Both the position numbers and the translations under genes were made by a program. The notes under the pieces are model-generated. The model was not told the origin of the DNA, searched no databases, and worked only from the letters and a program-made list of their open reading frames with translations. From Octopus sinensis (lineage: Eukaryota), in NCBI RefSeq assembly GCF_006345805.1, contig NC_042997.1, forward strand, positions 203,546,001 through 203,610,000: 64,000 nt of DNA. The letters are read 5' to 3'. This document shows positions 51,898-63,919 of the stretch, piece after piece (within the stretch, counting starts at the first letter, position 1; every line of letters begins with the position of its first letter).

Positions 51898-53419
51898 CGT
51901 AGTGGTTCAAACATGAAAAATAGAACTCATGTTGAGTCAGACTCAAATAAGTATAGATTTATTGATCGGCGAAAGTTACATAGTGACTGAAGGTTCGAGA
52001 GTTTCGTGCAGAGGCACTTATCAAACTAATTAAATCAGTGTTTTCTATATAAAACGAAAAAGCAAGACAGTATTGGAAACAAATATGACGCAGATACTAT
52101 TTTATATATACGCAGGAAGACTTTTGATTGATAATACCACAGAATTAAGGCAAGATAAAAAAATGAAAGTCGTCAATATATAAGGCATTCTGCCTAAACT
52201 ACGTCTTTAAGATACGATTTGTTAGTAGTAACGCTAAAAGTAAACTATTTCCTAAGGAACTCAAGAGAAGGATAAAAAGAGCAGAGAGAGGGGAATAAAG
52301 TCAAAAGGAAGGTAAGGATTAAATGAAAAATGAAAAGGGGAATCAAGGCTGAAGTGAATGCTAGGCTGGAGCTGAAAAAAGGCATTTAACCAGGTAGTGG
52401 TCAAGCAGATAATGGTAAGGGATATTGAATGGTCGTTTTGCACCAAAAAGGTGGACGGGGGGGAAGACCCATTGACCTGGGAGCGCAGGTAGAAAGAAAG
52501 AGGAAGTGTAGAGAAAGAAGGCAATAAAGATAGATAGGTGGTGGTTATGGAGATAAGAAGAAATGAAAGGCAGTAAATAGAGAAAAGAAGATGTGTAGAG
52601 AGAAAAAACGATAGAAATAGATAGGGAATGTTTAACAAAGAAGAGGATAGGAAAGATTAGAAAACGGAGACAATGTCCACCAAATGTTGAAAGCTGTGTG
52701 GGATACCACTGAGTAAGAATAGAAGCGGATGTGTAGCTTTACAAATTGATTTCGTAATTTCGGTTTGCAATTATTTATAGTTAAATGTTTCCTTTCAAAG
52801 TTTTTACTTTCAAACAATTTTTTCATGCGCATTTTGGACCTAACAATCTATATGAGAAAATCGTTTTGACTGAAAGGGTTTTATTTTTAGACTGGGGTCA
52901 AACGGTCGAATCCATTCAACCATGTTTTAAGTCTTTAGCAACACCAATTGCAAAGAACTTGGGAGTGGTACTGAAAGATGGAGAGAAGTATTTGACAGAC
53001 AGAAAGAGAGAGTTACACATTTTAACTGGGTGGCAGCTGTCTTCAATAATTCAAGTAATGCTATATATTCAAAATTAACCATACATGCTGGTTGTTATTG
53101 TTGCTGCTACTGGTGTTATTGTCACTTATTTTTTTTTTGTATTTTGATACTACTTTCCTTCAGAAGTTAGTGGTCATAAACTCCCTAGGGAATTTTATGC
53201 CAGCTTCATCACTTTTATTTTTTTTTCTTTGTTTTGAGATGAGATCCAACTTGAGCATTTTATACCGATAAATTTTAGACACTTTTTTCTGAAACTGGTA
53301 AGATTATGCAGGGGGTGCAAATTTGGATCTTGCACCCCCTGAGAATTCTAGGGAGTGCAGGTGCACCTTTGCACCCCCTGTTCCCAGGCCCTTGTTTATA
53401 TATGCAGATACGTAAACGA

Positions 53420-53860
53420 TTAAACAGGCACAGTAATATCACCAATACCACAATCACCTGTAGTAGTAGCTCTGATAATAACAACAGCACCGCCAACACC
53501 AACACCACTATCACTAGTAATACTACTATCACCACTACTACCAGCAGCAACAACCACACCAACACCACCAGTAATATGAATGCCAACGCTTATGTTAACA
53601 ACCATACCACCAAGAACATCACTACCACCACCAACACCACAAATAGTAACAAAAACAAATCAAGCAATATCACACTGCTACCACCACCACCACTACCGCT
53701 ATCATCACCGCCAATACAACCTTACCACCATCCACACCATCATCATCATCATCGTCGTTGTTGTTGTTATTGTCATCATCATTAATATTATCACCATCAC
53801 CATGATCATCATTACTACCGCCACCATTACTACCACCATTCCATCATCATCTAAAAAGAG
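53420..53860. repeat. (ACC)/(AAC)/(CAT) trinucleotide low-complexity tract
   Basis: Seen directly; explains the T/N/H-rich ORFs. Confidence 0.9.
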
Positions 53861-53967
53861 GATTGTGGGATATATGAGATAAAATAGTTCTGGATGATAA
53901 TAGTCTGAAATAAAGAGAGGATGGTCATCATTGGAACAGTTGTTATCATCATTGCCACTGGCTTTAT

Positions 53968-54238
53968 GCTATAGGTTCTCAAAGTGGGCGCTGGTGCCTA
54001 AGGGGGCAGTGGGGGTGCTGTAGAGAAAAAAGAGGCATTGGGAGGAAGGCAGTGAATTGGAGGACACTATGAATTTATTATAACATTATTATAGTATTGT
54101 ATACAAATTATATATTATATTAAATATCAAATGACTCATAATTAATAAATTAACAAAATATAAAATAGGGGTGGGGTGTTGAGGGTATTATGTGGCCATG
54201 AAGCGGGCAAAGGCCCAAAAAGTTTGAGAACCTCCACT
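53968..54238. mobile_element. Decayed hAT-type MITE
   Basis: ggttctcaaagtggg ... aagtttgagaacc inverted termini. Confidence 0.5.
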
Positions 54239-54329
54239 TTATACCAAACTTTAATGATTGGTCAAAACAAATACATGGACATGGCAGTTGATTGTGTGAC
54301 TGTGAGAGGTTAACAAATGAAAAGTAGTG

Positions 54330-54660
54330 CATTTATACACCAAAGGTTGTGGCTGTATTTCATATATCAAAGAATATGAATTAAAAATATATACCAACAG
54401 AAGTGATTGTACTCTATCTTACCAAAGACAGATGTGACTATGCTCTGGATGCAATAGAAATTCCTTGTACTTTAAAAAACATATAAAGGCACAATATTCT
54501 ACATACCAAATTATGTGAACGTATTGTATATACCAAAAAAGTGACCCCACTTTATAAAGCAAAGGATGTAGCTGTACTCTATTTATCATAACATGTGACT
54601 GTACACTGTATACTAAAGAAAGAGAATGTACTCTATATACCAAAGGCAATGGCTATAAAA
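54330..54660. repeat. Degenerate ~27-bp minisatellite (tataccaaa..atgtgactgtactcta)
   Basis: About a dozen diverged units visible. Confidence 0.6.
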
Positions 54661-55625
54661 GGTGTACTAAGTATTTGTTAACACAATTTGTTCACAGAAG
54701 TAGGCTATAAATGGAAATTGATCAAACACTATGCAATGTTGTGTGTGACAAAGTTTTAACTTTCTTACATCTCTTTCTGACATATCTACATCAGCTTGGA
54801 AGATTTCAATCTGATGCTGGGAATGTTAAAGTTTAACATGATCATGGGCCTAACAACAAACATGCTAAATTAACCATGGAATTAACCATGTTTTAGCATA
54901 CAAGGTTATTTACTCTGTAAGGAGGAATAGATATCTATAAATACAACACAGGCTATTTTTGTTTCCATAGATGTTCACTAGTGAAGACAGTAGACCATCC
55001 ATGAAGTACCAACTCTGATGCAGCAATGAGCAGGCAACCCAAAACAATCCTAAAGCTTGATGAATTCTCACTGAAAAGTTTACTGTAGAGAGCTCTATAA
55101 AAAAATATTTTTTACTTCATAAACCGGTTCTGTTTTTTGGTAGAGAACATGTAGTAGTTGAGAATGTCCACTAAAACACTAATACCTTTGCTCTTTCAAT
55201 TTCTGCAGATATTTCATTTTTCATGCATATCATGCAGTCACTTTCATCTTATTATTATTATTATTATTACACACATTATGCAGACTCACTTGTACCTTAC
55301 ACACAAGCAGATCCACTTGCATTTTCACACATGTCATGTAGACTCCATTTGCTTCTTCTGCATGCACATGGCAGTTGATTCCGTCAGTCCATTCGCCAAC
55401 TCATCACCTGTAACATTCACTCACTGGATTATATTTGTGCAGTCATTCAGTTTTCACTATTTTTTGTTTTATTTTGATGGTTAGTGATCAGTTTCCCAGA
55501 AATCTAGAAGGAAGCTAATGTAGCTGCTATTGTGCAGCCAAACAAGGTTTCAGTCATTCACCATTTTCACCAGTTTATCAGACTAATGACAGCATGCACT
55601 GGTTATATAAATAAAACTCAAAGCT

Positions 55626-55689
<64 letters not shown>

Positions 55690-56689
55690 GCTGTCTGTCT
55701 ATCTATCTATCTATCTTGTCTGCCAGAAAAAGGAGCAGCAGTATCAATCATTGTCTACATTTGTTTCAGTTACTCTTAATATGACACATTGCAGTTGAAC
55801 AAGATATTGATTTGTTGTATCTCTGTTCCACAGGTTACCAGTCACATATATTGATTACCTTTTTTTTCTTATCTCTGCAACATTTTCTCTTCATATTATA
55901 TGTATAGCTTGAAAAAAAAACTTTGAATTTTACACACAGTTCTGATTTTCTAAACACATTCAGTTGGTAATCTTACAAAAAATAATTTAGTCCAACAAAT
56001 ATGTTCTAAATTTAATCATTTATTAAAACCACTAATTACTAAATTTCTGCTGCATCATAACTGTTCTAGGCCTTAATTCACAAAGCAGTATTCACTTTGG
56101 AGTCCTTTCTATTGATTGACATCTATCTTTTCATGCTTTCACATGTTGCTAATTAACATTCACTGACTTCAGGATCAGACTTCTATATACTTCCTGTTAT
56201 AAAACAAAACCAGTTTTCCACAATATAATTATTTTATTAATTTAACAATAGATTTTAGAGTATGATTTAACTGCTATTTCAAGATAAATTGTACTAAACA
56301 CTATAAACCTTACGATTTGAGATGGATGGGAGAGACAGGCCAACTGTTAGAACTCGAATCAGTTTCTATCACTTACCAGTCATGATAAATCCATGGTCAG
56401 AATCACATCAAAGGATTTGTTATTCTTTTCTAACACAAATGATTGTCTATAATGTCTAGTTGATTTCAAAGTAATTAGTGATTCCTCATAAACCCTGAAA
56501 ATATGCGTGATTTGGGAAAACAAAAAAATGCAGTAAAAAATTGAAATTATGACAATAGGTTCCACTTGAAATATTGACTAGTCTCTCTCATGTCATAAAC
56601 TCTACATTTACCTATTTATTCTTTAAAAATAAGATCTATCTGTTGAAAAGAGGGTGGGGATTAATTACACCAGTATATAACAAGTATAA

Positions 56690-57235
56690 CTACAGTCACT
56701 TACCACATCTTGAACATATTGCTTCTCTGGGCATTGGTACACTAAAGTTTCAACATCTAGCTCTTGATACAGAAGAAGCACATATCATCATCTACTATCT
56801 TTCCAACAACAATTTTAGCCACCTTTTTGAATTCAATATCTCTACTACCCTCAAACATACTTATAAAACCCAAAAAACACTACAGCACTCCTAACTTTTG
56901 GAAATATTTTTCACATCCGAAATTATTGAAGCAGGGAATAAACTACCCTTGTTGGCTGTTAACTGTCAGAACATGGCATCATTCAAAATTCCATGTTTCC
57001 TGAAATTCACCAATACTGCTTTCTGTGTGCATATGCACTTTCCCTCTAAATGACTCCTATGCAATTCCTTTGTCAGTTTTTTTTTTGGTTTTTTGGGGGT
57101 TTTTTTGTCTTATTCTGTGTACAAAACCTATACTTTTCACTCACTACTAATTTTTGTTGTTTTTTTACTTACTGCTGTATTATGTCCCTTCATCTACCTT
57201 TTTTTATTCCTCACAAGCTGTAGTGCACCTAAGCA
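56690..57235 (+). mobile_element. CR1 LINE 3' end
   Basis: LALDTEEAHII...KHTYKT...GNKLPLLAVNCQNMAS; ends gctgtagtgcacctaagca. Confidence 0.75.
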
Positions 57236-57629
57236 TTCATTCTCAAGGAAACTCTGGGCATTGACTGAAATCAACTGGTGGGTCTGTTCCAGAAGGCTTT
57301 TGGAATGGGGCCCAGGGATTATCATCAGAAATCCTTAGCCTGGCAGTGTTGTCAGTGATTACTGCCTCAAGCTCAGCAAGCATACAAGTGCCTTTAACCT
57401 GATCTGCCTAAGATGTGCACAGAGCAACAACACAACTCTGCATGCACTCATATAGTGCCTGAACATTGATGAATTGGGAAGTTATGTTGAAAACCTGCAA
57501 TCAATTGCAGGAAAGATCCTGCTATCATGGCTGGAAAACACAGGCAATCTATATATGTCTGGTGACTTAAGCAAAAGAAGTTGTGTGATGAACCAGATTG
57601 AAAGAACTGAAGTCAGACACTTAAACTTT

Positions 57630-57738
57630 TTCAAATACCAGTTGAACAATGAGGTTGATGTAATTGACTTATCCCCTCTCCTGTAATTACTAGTCTGTGC
57701 AAAATTTGAAACCATTATTATTATTATTATTATTATTT
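57630..57738 (+). mobile_element. SINE 3' end with (ATT)n tail
   Basis: taccagttgaacaatgaggttgatgtaattgacttatcccc resembles the 61370-61410 SINE body; (ATT)n at 57712-57737. Confidence 0.6.
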
Positions 57739-57739
57739 T

Positions 57740-59235
57740 CCGATTGATTTGCATTTTATTTCATCTTCCAACTAGGTCTCAACCAGAGACCTAAGGCACA
57801 TATATATTATATGGAAAGAATCTTTTTGAGGACGTGGGCGGTTGATGTCAACACAATTTTTTTGAGTTTCATAGATTATTGGTTTCCCAGGGATCTTGTC
57901 AAAAAATTTCTCACTACCTTTCTTGATCGTTCCCAGGGCACCTACAGCAACAAGGATGATTTTGATTCTTAATTGCCATGTCCTAGATATTTCAATTTGA
58001 AGGTCATTACATTTCAACAATTTTTCAAGTTCCTTTGCTGAGATGTTTCTATTACTAGACACTGTCATTTCACTTAACAGGCATGTTTTTTGTCTTAGGT
58101 CTTTGATGATGTCTGGTCTATTAGCATTTATTTACTTGTCTATATGTATCCCATAATCCCATAGGATAGTAACATTCTTTCCCTCAGTGACTGGCTCTGA
58201 ATGGTGTTCATACCAGTTCTTAGGGTGTGGGATATCATAGTGATGGCATATTCTCTATTGCAAGTATTGGCCAACTTGATCAAGCCTGGTTTTATATTCT
58301 GTAGATGCAAGAACTGAGCAAATGGCAACGTAGTCAACACTTTCAAGTTTGTCATTGCAGAGTCTATACTTTGTGTCTACCTTCTTGTGTGTGGCATTAG
58401 CTTGATAGTTCTAGGTGAGGAGGCTCTGATCTTATGCCACGAGGATAAATCCTTCTGTTTCAGCATTTAAACCAGCACTCTGCAGCCACTGATGAGTTCT
58501 TTTCATATCTACATCAGCTTCCCAGCTCATTTGGAGTATTGCCCATGCAATGGTTTTTCTTTCCACAGTCTCGATATTACCTTCAAGCTTTCCTGTTTGG
58601 CTTTTGTTTTACACATTTTTGCTGCCTAAGTGGGTGGTGTGCCCTCCTTATCATCATCATAATCAGACAGGTTAAGTTCTTATATGCTTCCATTGAGATT
58701 GAGTGTAATTTCTTAATTTGTTCATGTTGCCTTACCAGCTGTACCATCCAGCTGGTGTTATTCTGGATGTACATTTGGAGTCCTATCATGGTTGTTTTAT
58801 AGGATGTTTCAGGTTGGATTAGGCCTCTACCACTTTCCCTTTTTGAGAGATAGAGCCTGTGGACGTCCAATTTTGGGTGGTGCATCATGTTTACTGTCAG
58901 CAGTTTCCTGAACTCCATACTCTGGAGTTCACTCAGATTCCAATTGATGAAATTAAGGCTATATGGGACAACTGGTACAGCCAGGGGGTTTATAGCTGCA
59001 ATTCTATTCTAGAAGTCAGCTCAATATTCAGGATCATTCTGATACGTTTATAATACTCTTTCCTGATCTTGTCTTTCATTGATCCATGTTGAATCCCTTT
59101 CCCTTTGTGCATTCCAAGATACTTGTAAAAACCTTTTTGATCCAAGTCCTTGATAAATGTATCATGATCAAGTTAGGCCATGGTATTAGCAGTCAATTTA
59201 CCACATTTGAACAAAGCTTTTGCACATTATCAACT
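57740..59235 (-). mobile_element. R4/Dong-clade non-LTR retrotransposon, 5'-truncated and decayed
   Basis: YKYLG, HHPKLDVHRLYLSKRESGRGL, decayed CCHC knuckle, ILWDY, NRPDII (58111-58119), KELEKL..C.DLQIEI..W, VGALG; 3' stem-loop then (TAA)n. Confidence 0.85.
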
Positions 59236-59244
59236 CATAAATAA

Positions 59245-59408
59245 AATTTCAAAGTTTGGCGTTAGGAAGGGCATCCAGCCGTAGAAACACTGCCAAATCT
59301 GACTGGGCCTGATGAAGCCTTCCGGCTTCACAGACCCCAGTTAAACCGTCCAACCCATGCTAGCATGGAAAGCGGATGCTAAATGATGATGATGATGATG
59401 ATGATGAT
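59245..59408 (+). mobile_element. RTE family 1 tail
   Basis: ttggcgttaggaagggcatccagccgtagaaac...(GAT)n. Confidence 0.85.
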
Positions 59409-60144
59409 GTTAATTTGCAATTACAGCACTGATTAAATTATGCCTTACATGTAGTTCAGTGACTAGAATTGACTGGATAGCTTGATCATTTTCTCTCTGT
59501 TATGGACTAGAAAGAATTTTTTTTTTATGTTGTAGAAGTTGAAGGCAGAAAATTGACTGAATTGTGAGAGATAAAATGCCTGACTGTATTTATTCTTGTG
59601 CTCTGTGTTCACATCCTGATAAAAAGTCAATCTTGCTTTTTTCATTTTTCTGGACGTTGATAAACAAAGTATCATTTTAAGATTGTTGACTGACAGAAGT
59701 TTTAGACTATTCATACGATTCTGTTCTGTTTGCATTCTTAGTTCAAATCCCTTTAACACCAACTCCTAGTCCTTGTGTTCAACTCTATCCACTCCATTGT
59801 AAGTAATCAGACCACCAGTCACCAGTTTGAAGATGCCTTCCTTCCTCACTCCTCCCATAAATCTCGGAGATCCTGTTTATAGTCATGGACACTGCCTTTT
59901 CTCCTGACCAAAACGATAAAAAACAATATCTGTATCTTTACCTTTTGACCGACAGATTTTTAAAATAATTTTTTGTAAAGATCCAAATATCTGGCTATAA
60001 AAGAATGTTTCCCTTAAATTGTAATCAAATCTTCCTCATCCCGTGTTATGTTTATGCTGGACTAATAATCTTTATATTACAACATAAATGTTTCAGTGGA
60101 TATGTTAATCTGAACCAGACTAAGTACATGTTATATCGCTGATT

Positions 60145-60436
60145 GGTACTACTTAAGAAGAGTGGTCCCGGTGCGCGCACTCGCGTACTCGCGCATCCGC
60201 ACTAGCTAATCGTGACTAGTCAATCCTTATTTTGTGTTTTTGTTTTATTTACTTTGTTTAAAAAAATTATTTACTTTGTGTTTTTGTGTTTTATTTACTT
60301 TGTTTAAAAAAACTATTTATTGTGTTTTATTTACTTTGCTAGGTAGTCGTTGTAGGATCGACTAGTCACGACTAGCTAGCGCGGATGCGCGAATACGTGA
60401 GTGCGCGTACCGGGACCACTCTTCTTAAGTAGTACC
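60145..60436. mobile_element. GG...CC MITE (Merlin- or MULE-type), copy 2, 292 bp
   Basis: ~84-bp TIRs starting ggtactacttaagaagagtggtcccggt; 8-bp TSD cgctgatt / cgttgatt (7 of 8). Confidence 0.9.
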
Positions 60437-60959
60437 CGTTGATTTAGATGAATATACAAAAGAAATCTTCAGCATTATTTTGCGTTATTAACGAAAATCA
60501 GAAAAGATTTATGAAGAACAATAACACAGCGACTAAGTGAACTCGAAATCAAACATAATATCATAGTTAAATACTATATAGTTATATAATTTTTCGGGAA
60601 ATCTAAAGTGGGTTTTTTTTTTTTTTTTTTTTTTACAGTAACGGTTTTAAATCAAACTAACAGTGGATTTCAGTAAGAAATAAGCAAATATCTCGGTTGG
60701 TTAGTGTGAAAACAGAAACTATGGAAATAAATTAAGGACTTAGTCAAAAGTTTTTGTCAATACTAAAGGAAAATCCGGGTGAAATGCTAAAACAATTTAC
60801 ATGTTCCTACTACTCACTGCTGTTTGGGCAGAGATGCGCTAACCGCAAGTATACGTTTTGTTTTTTATTCATATAACATGTATGTATACGATACATATAT
60901 AGTACAAAGAAAAGAGAAAAAATATCAATGCAGTACCAAGTGCTTCAATTGGTCACACA

Positions 60960-61190
60960 CCACGAGGTTCAACGGAACCTACTAGAGTAAGCCCTCACGC
61001 TCCCAGCATTACTACGAGTGATGGTGAGGGTAAAGCGTTGGAAATGCCAAGCACTCTTACGGGCATCACCTGACACCTGGGTGAGGCGAGCTGCCAACGA
61101 TAATAAGAACTTCGTTGTCAGTGGCCCAGTCCCTCCAAACGTCTCAAACGCCACAAGTTGAAAGAGAAAGTGCACTGCAATGTCCTAATA
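60960..61190 (-). mobile_element. CRE-like non-LTR retrotransposon C-terminal (RLE) fragment
   Basis: FQLVAFETFGGTGP...GDARKSAWHFQRFTLTITRSNAGSV fits the F.P.A.ET.GG.G...QR.S....RGNA pattern. Confidence 0.65.
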
Positions 61191-61236
61191 CTTCAGGATT
61201 TTATTCCATTCGGTCAGACACTTCTATATTGTAAGA

Positions 61237-61469
61237 AGGCGGCGAGCTGACAGAAACGTTAGCACGCCGGGCGAAATGCGTAGCCGTATTTCGTTTGCCG
61301 TTACGTTCTGAGTTCAAATTCCGCCGAGGTCGACTTTGCCTTTCATCCTTTCGGGGTCGATAAATTAGGTACCAGTTGCGCACTGGGGGTCGATGTAATT
61401 GACTTAATCCCTTTGTCTGTCCTTGTTTGTCCTCTCTGTGTTTGGCCCCTTGTGGGTAGTAAAGAAATA
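61237..61469 (+). mobile_element. Full-length young tRNA-derived SINE with TSD
   Basis: Head ggcggcgagctgacagaa, B box gagttcaaattcc, central gcctttcatcctttcggggtcgataaa; TSD tatattgtaaga on both sides. Confidence 0.9.
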
Positions 61470-61859
61470 TATATTGTAAGAAGGGAGACTACTCAACTGT
61501 TAATTACCTCCCTTACACTATAAATACGAGACTGTTCTACGTGATCGCTTCTAACTAGAAATTAGTCAGAGTTCTCTTTAAATTACACTCTACCGTTTTC
61601 AAAAAACTGCTACGACGCATTGAGTAATGAAAACCTATATACCTTAGTCACTGTTAGAACACCTCTAGTCATAGTTATACTAGATCAGGGATTACCTCAA
61701 ACGGAATCACCATATCTTCTATACGCATCAGAAAAAAAAAAACTTTTTCACCTAACCTTTCAGCCATAGTACAGCCAGTGAAAATATACAAAATGTCAGA
61801 ACGTCAAATTAAATATAATATTCAGTTTTATTGATTTACATAGCCAAGTTTTCAATGTC

Positions 61860-62310
61860 GACTTTCGGCTCCGTGTCTTTTGCTTTCCTAGCAGCTGACG
61901 TCCTCTCTGCGCCATCTCTGACTAAGTTGATAAATTTCTTTGTTTGACGGAGGTGTTTGCAATGGCTACTTATACATTCGATGGTGTCTTCCTCTCTCAG
62001 AGCTTCCGGGACAGCAACTGAAACTGTGCTCCAGGATTCCTATCTTTGGGCACAAGGAACAAGCTGGTGATTCCAAATTTTCCTAGCAGAACAAGTTGAA
62101 TGGGTTTAGAAAGACATTGTAAACTGCCTGAATTAGGAATTTTATCCGATGGGACTCCCCCCCTCCAGTGTCACCGCTTGATCTCCATCTTAACCAGTCT
62201 CCCTGGCGCATCATCCCTACACAGTTGCTGGCTCGTTACTCCGCAGTCGAAGCTCGCACCTCATTCTGGGTAGATAGCCTCCTGTCCTTTCCTAGTCACA
62301 TATTGTAGTG
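61860..62310 (-). mobile_element. HERO-like non-LTR retrotransposon fragment (zinc-knuckle region)
   Basis: GKDRRL..QNEVRAS, RQGDWLRW, HRIKFLIQAVYNV, SPACSLC...LEHSFSCCP. Confidence 0.8.
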
Positions 62311-62761
62311 CTACAGGAATTCAACATAACCAACGACTATATCAATTTTGCCAGTCTGTAATGAACAGCAAGAGCCATGGGCAATGGTCCACTTACTGAA
62401 CCTAAACATAAAATGTGAGAAGCAATTTTATTGAATAATAAACAAATGCACTGGCTCTGTTTTAATATTTTCGATGTTGTTATTAGCCTGCTAGTTAAAC
62501 ATTTCCACAATCAACTAATCAATTGTTAGATTAATCGTTCGGTCAATAAATCACTCAGCTTCGTTCGATAAAGTCGTTTCGTCGCTCTTCACGACCTCAT
62601 CTCTCTGCTCAAGGTCTGTATCCTAGTTTTGAGAGTTTATATTTATAGGGACAGAAGAATGCTAAAGAGAGAGAGAGTCACAGGGAGAGACGTGTATGTA
62701 TGCGCAGGCGTACGTGTGCCTATTTGTGTAGCATGATGTGGATTCTGTGAACGTGTCTTAT

Positions 62762-62945
62762 TTCTTTACTGCCCTAACAGGGCTACACACAGAGGAGACA
62801 AACAAGGACAGACAGACGGATTAAGTCTATTATATCGACCCCAGTGCTCAACTGATACTTATTTAATCGACCCCGAAAGGATGAAAGGCAAAGTCAACCT
62901 CGGCGGAATTTGAACCCAGAACGTAACGGCAGACGAAATACCGCC
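62762..62945 (-). mobile_element. Young tRNA-SINE (61237 family), 5'-truncated
   Basis: Reverse complement closely matches 61290-61465; CpGs retained. Confidence 0.9.
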
Positions 62946-63053
62946 TTGAAGTTACCAAAATATTGCAAAACTTTTGGCTCAATACAATAATTATATTTCG
63001 CTTTTGGATTTGGTTTGCAAGATTCTTTATGTGAATTCGTATGTTGAAGCGTA

Positions 63054-63275
63054 TTCTGTTGTGTCTGGGGAGAGTCATTCTCTTTTGGTGCCTCATAATT
63101 TAACACACTCACCGGCAAACTTTCCATTTATTTCTAGTTTTGAGTCAAAACTTTTGAAAAGGTTGCAAGACGCAACGAAAATTTTAGAAAAATTAAAAGA
63201 AATAAGTGGAAATTTTACTGGTGTCTTAAATTATGAGGCACCAAAAGAGAATGACTCTCCCCAGACACAACAGAA
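63054..63275. mobile_element. MITE with perfect 52-bp inverted repeat including TA TSD
   Basis: 63052-63103 is the exact reverse complement of 63226-63277; further imperfect pairing inside. Confidence 0.85.
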
Positions 63276-63919
63276 TAATTATAATTTAACTGTTATTAAT
63301 TTACCTTTTTTATGTTATTTTTCTTTTTCTTTTCCCTGCAAATCTCCAACAACGCTTTTCCAAATTAGTTTCTTATATTTGTAGTTTCATTAATTAAAAA
63401 AACATTTCACACAAACATTCAATAATATGGTCCAAATCATTGTAAATATGCTGTGCTTGTTTAGAGATGGTATATTAAATACTTATTTTTTTCTTTTCTT
63501 TTTTATTGTGAACAAAACAGTATTTGCTTAAAATTGAAAACGAAATAAAAATTTTAAAAGAAGTATAAAATATTTACCAGTGTTATTTTTCTGCAACTTT
63601 TCTTCTCAGAGAATTCAAAGACGTTCAAAGAATTTCACAGGTTACAACGATGTCGTCTGCTCTTGAAATCACGTGACACCCCCTCCTCCCACTGTCGACG
63701 GCTACTTAACTGTTACACAGCCGTCTCATAGAATTGACATTCTGATATTCCGGAATGTCTACCAAAACTTTAAACTATAGCGCTTTATTGTTTAAAAAGT
63801 ATATTATCTAATGAGTAATCACATCAGTTTAATAATTCTTAATGATCACAGTTTTTTATTTACACTGCATGCGTAGAATCTCCAAATATTTACAAAAATC
63901 CATATTTTTGTAAATTGTC

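Larger units (their letters stand above)
49540..53394. mobile_element. Non-autonomous hAT-type DNA transposon, 3855 bp, with cargo
   Basis: 15-bp TIRs cagtggcccgggaac / gttcccaggcccttg (12 of 15), exact 8-bp TSD tttatata (49532-49539, 53395-53402), subterminal agggggtgcaaa/ttgcaccccct motifs at both ends. No transposase ORF seen. Confidence 0.8.

Noticed and set aside
53275-53882. T/N/H-rich and V/L-rich ORFs of 100-159 aa
   Set aside because: Trinucleotide low-complexity sequence straddling the hAT terminus.
55290-55420. Minus-strand frame VGEWTDGINCHVH...LLVCK ending at an AAG|gtacaa donor
   Set aside because: Upstream stops follow the only good acceptor, and the phase is incompatible with the 55010-55094 candidate.
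59305-59330. CTGATGA followed by an agcc/ggct hairpin
   Set aside because: No GAAA follows; it is a chance variant of the RTE tail (cctggtgcagcc).
62974-63384. 136-aa ORF
   Set aside because: It reads through a palindromic MITE; the same peptide appears on the opposite strand (62894-63127).
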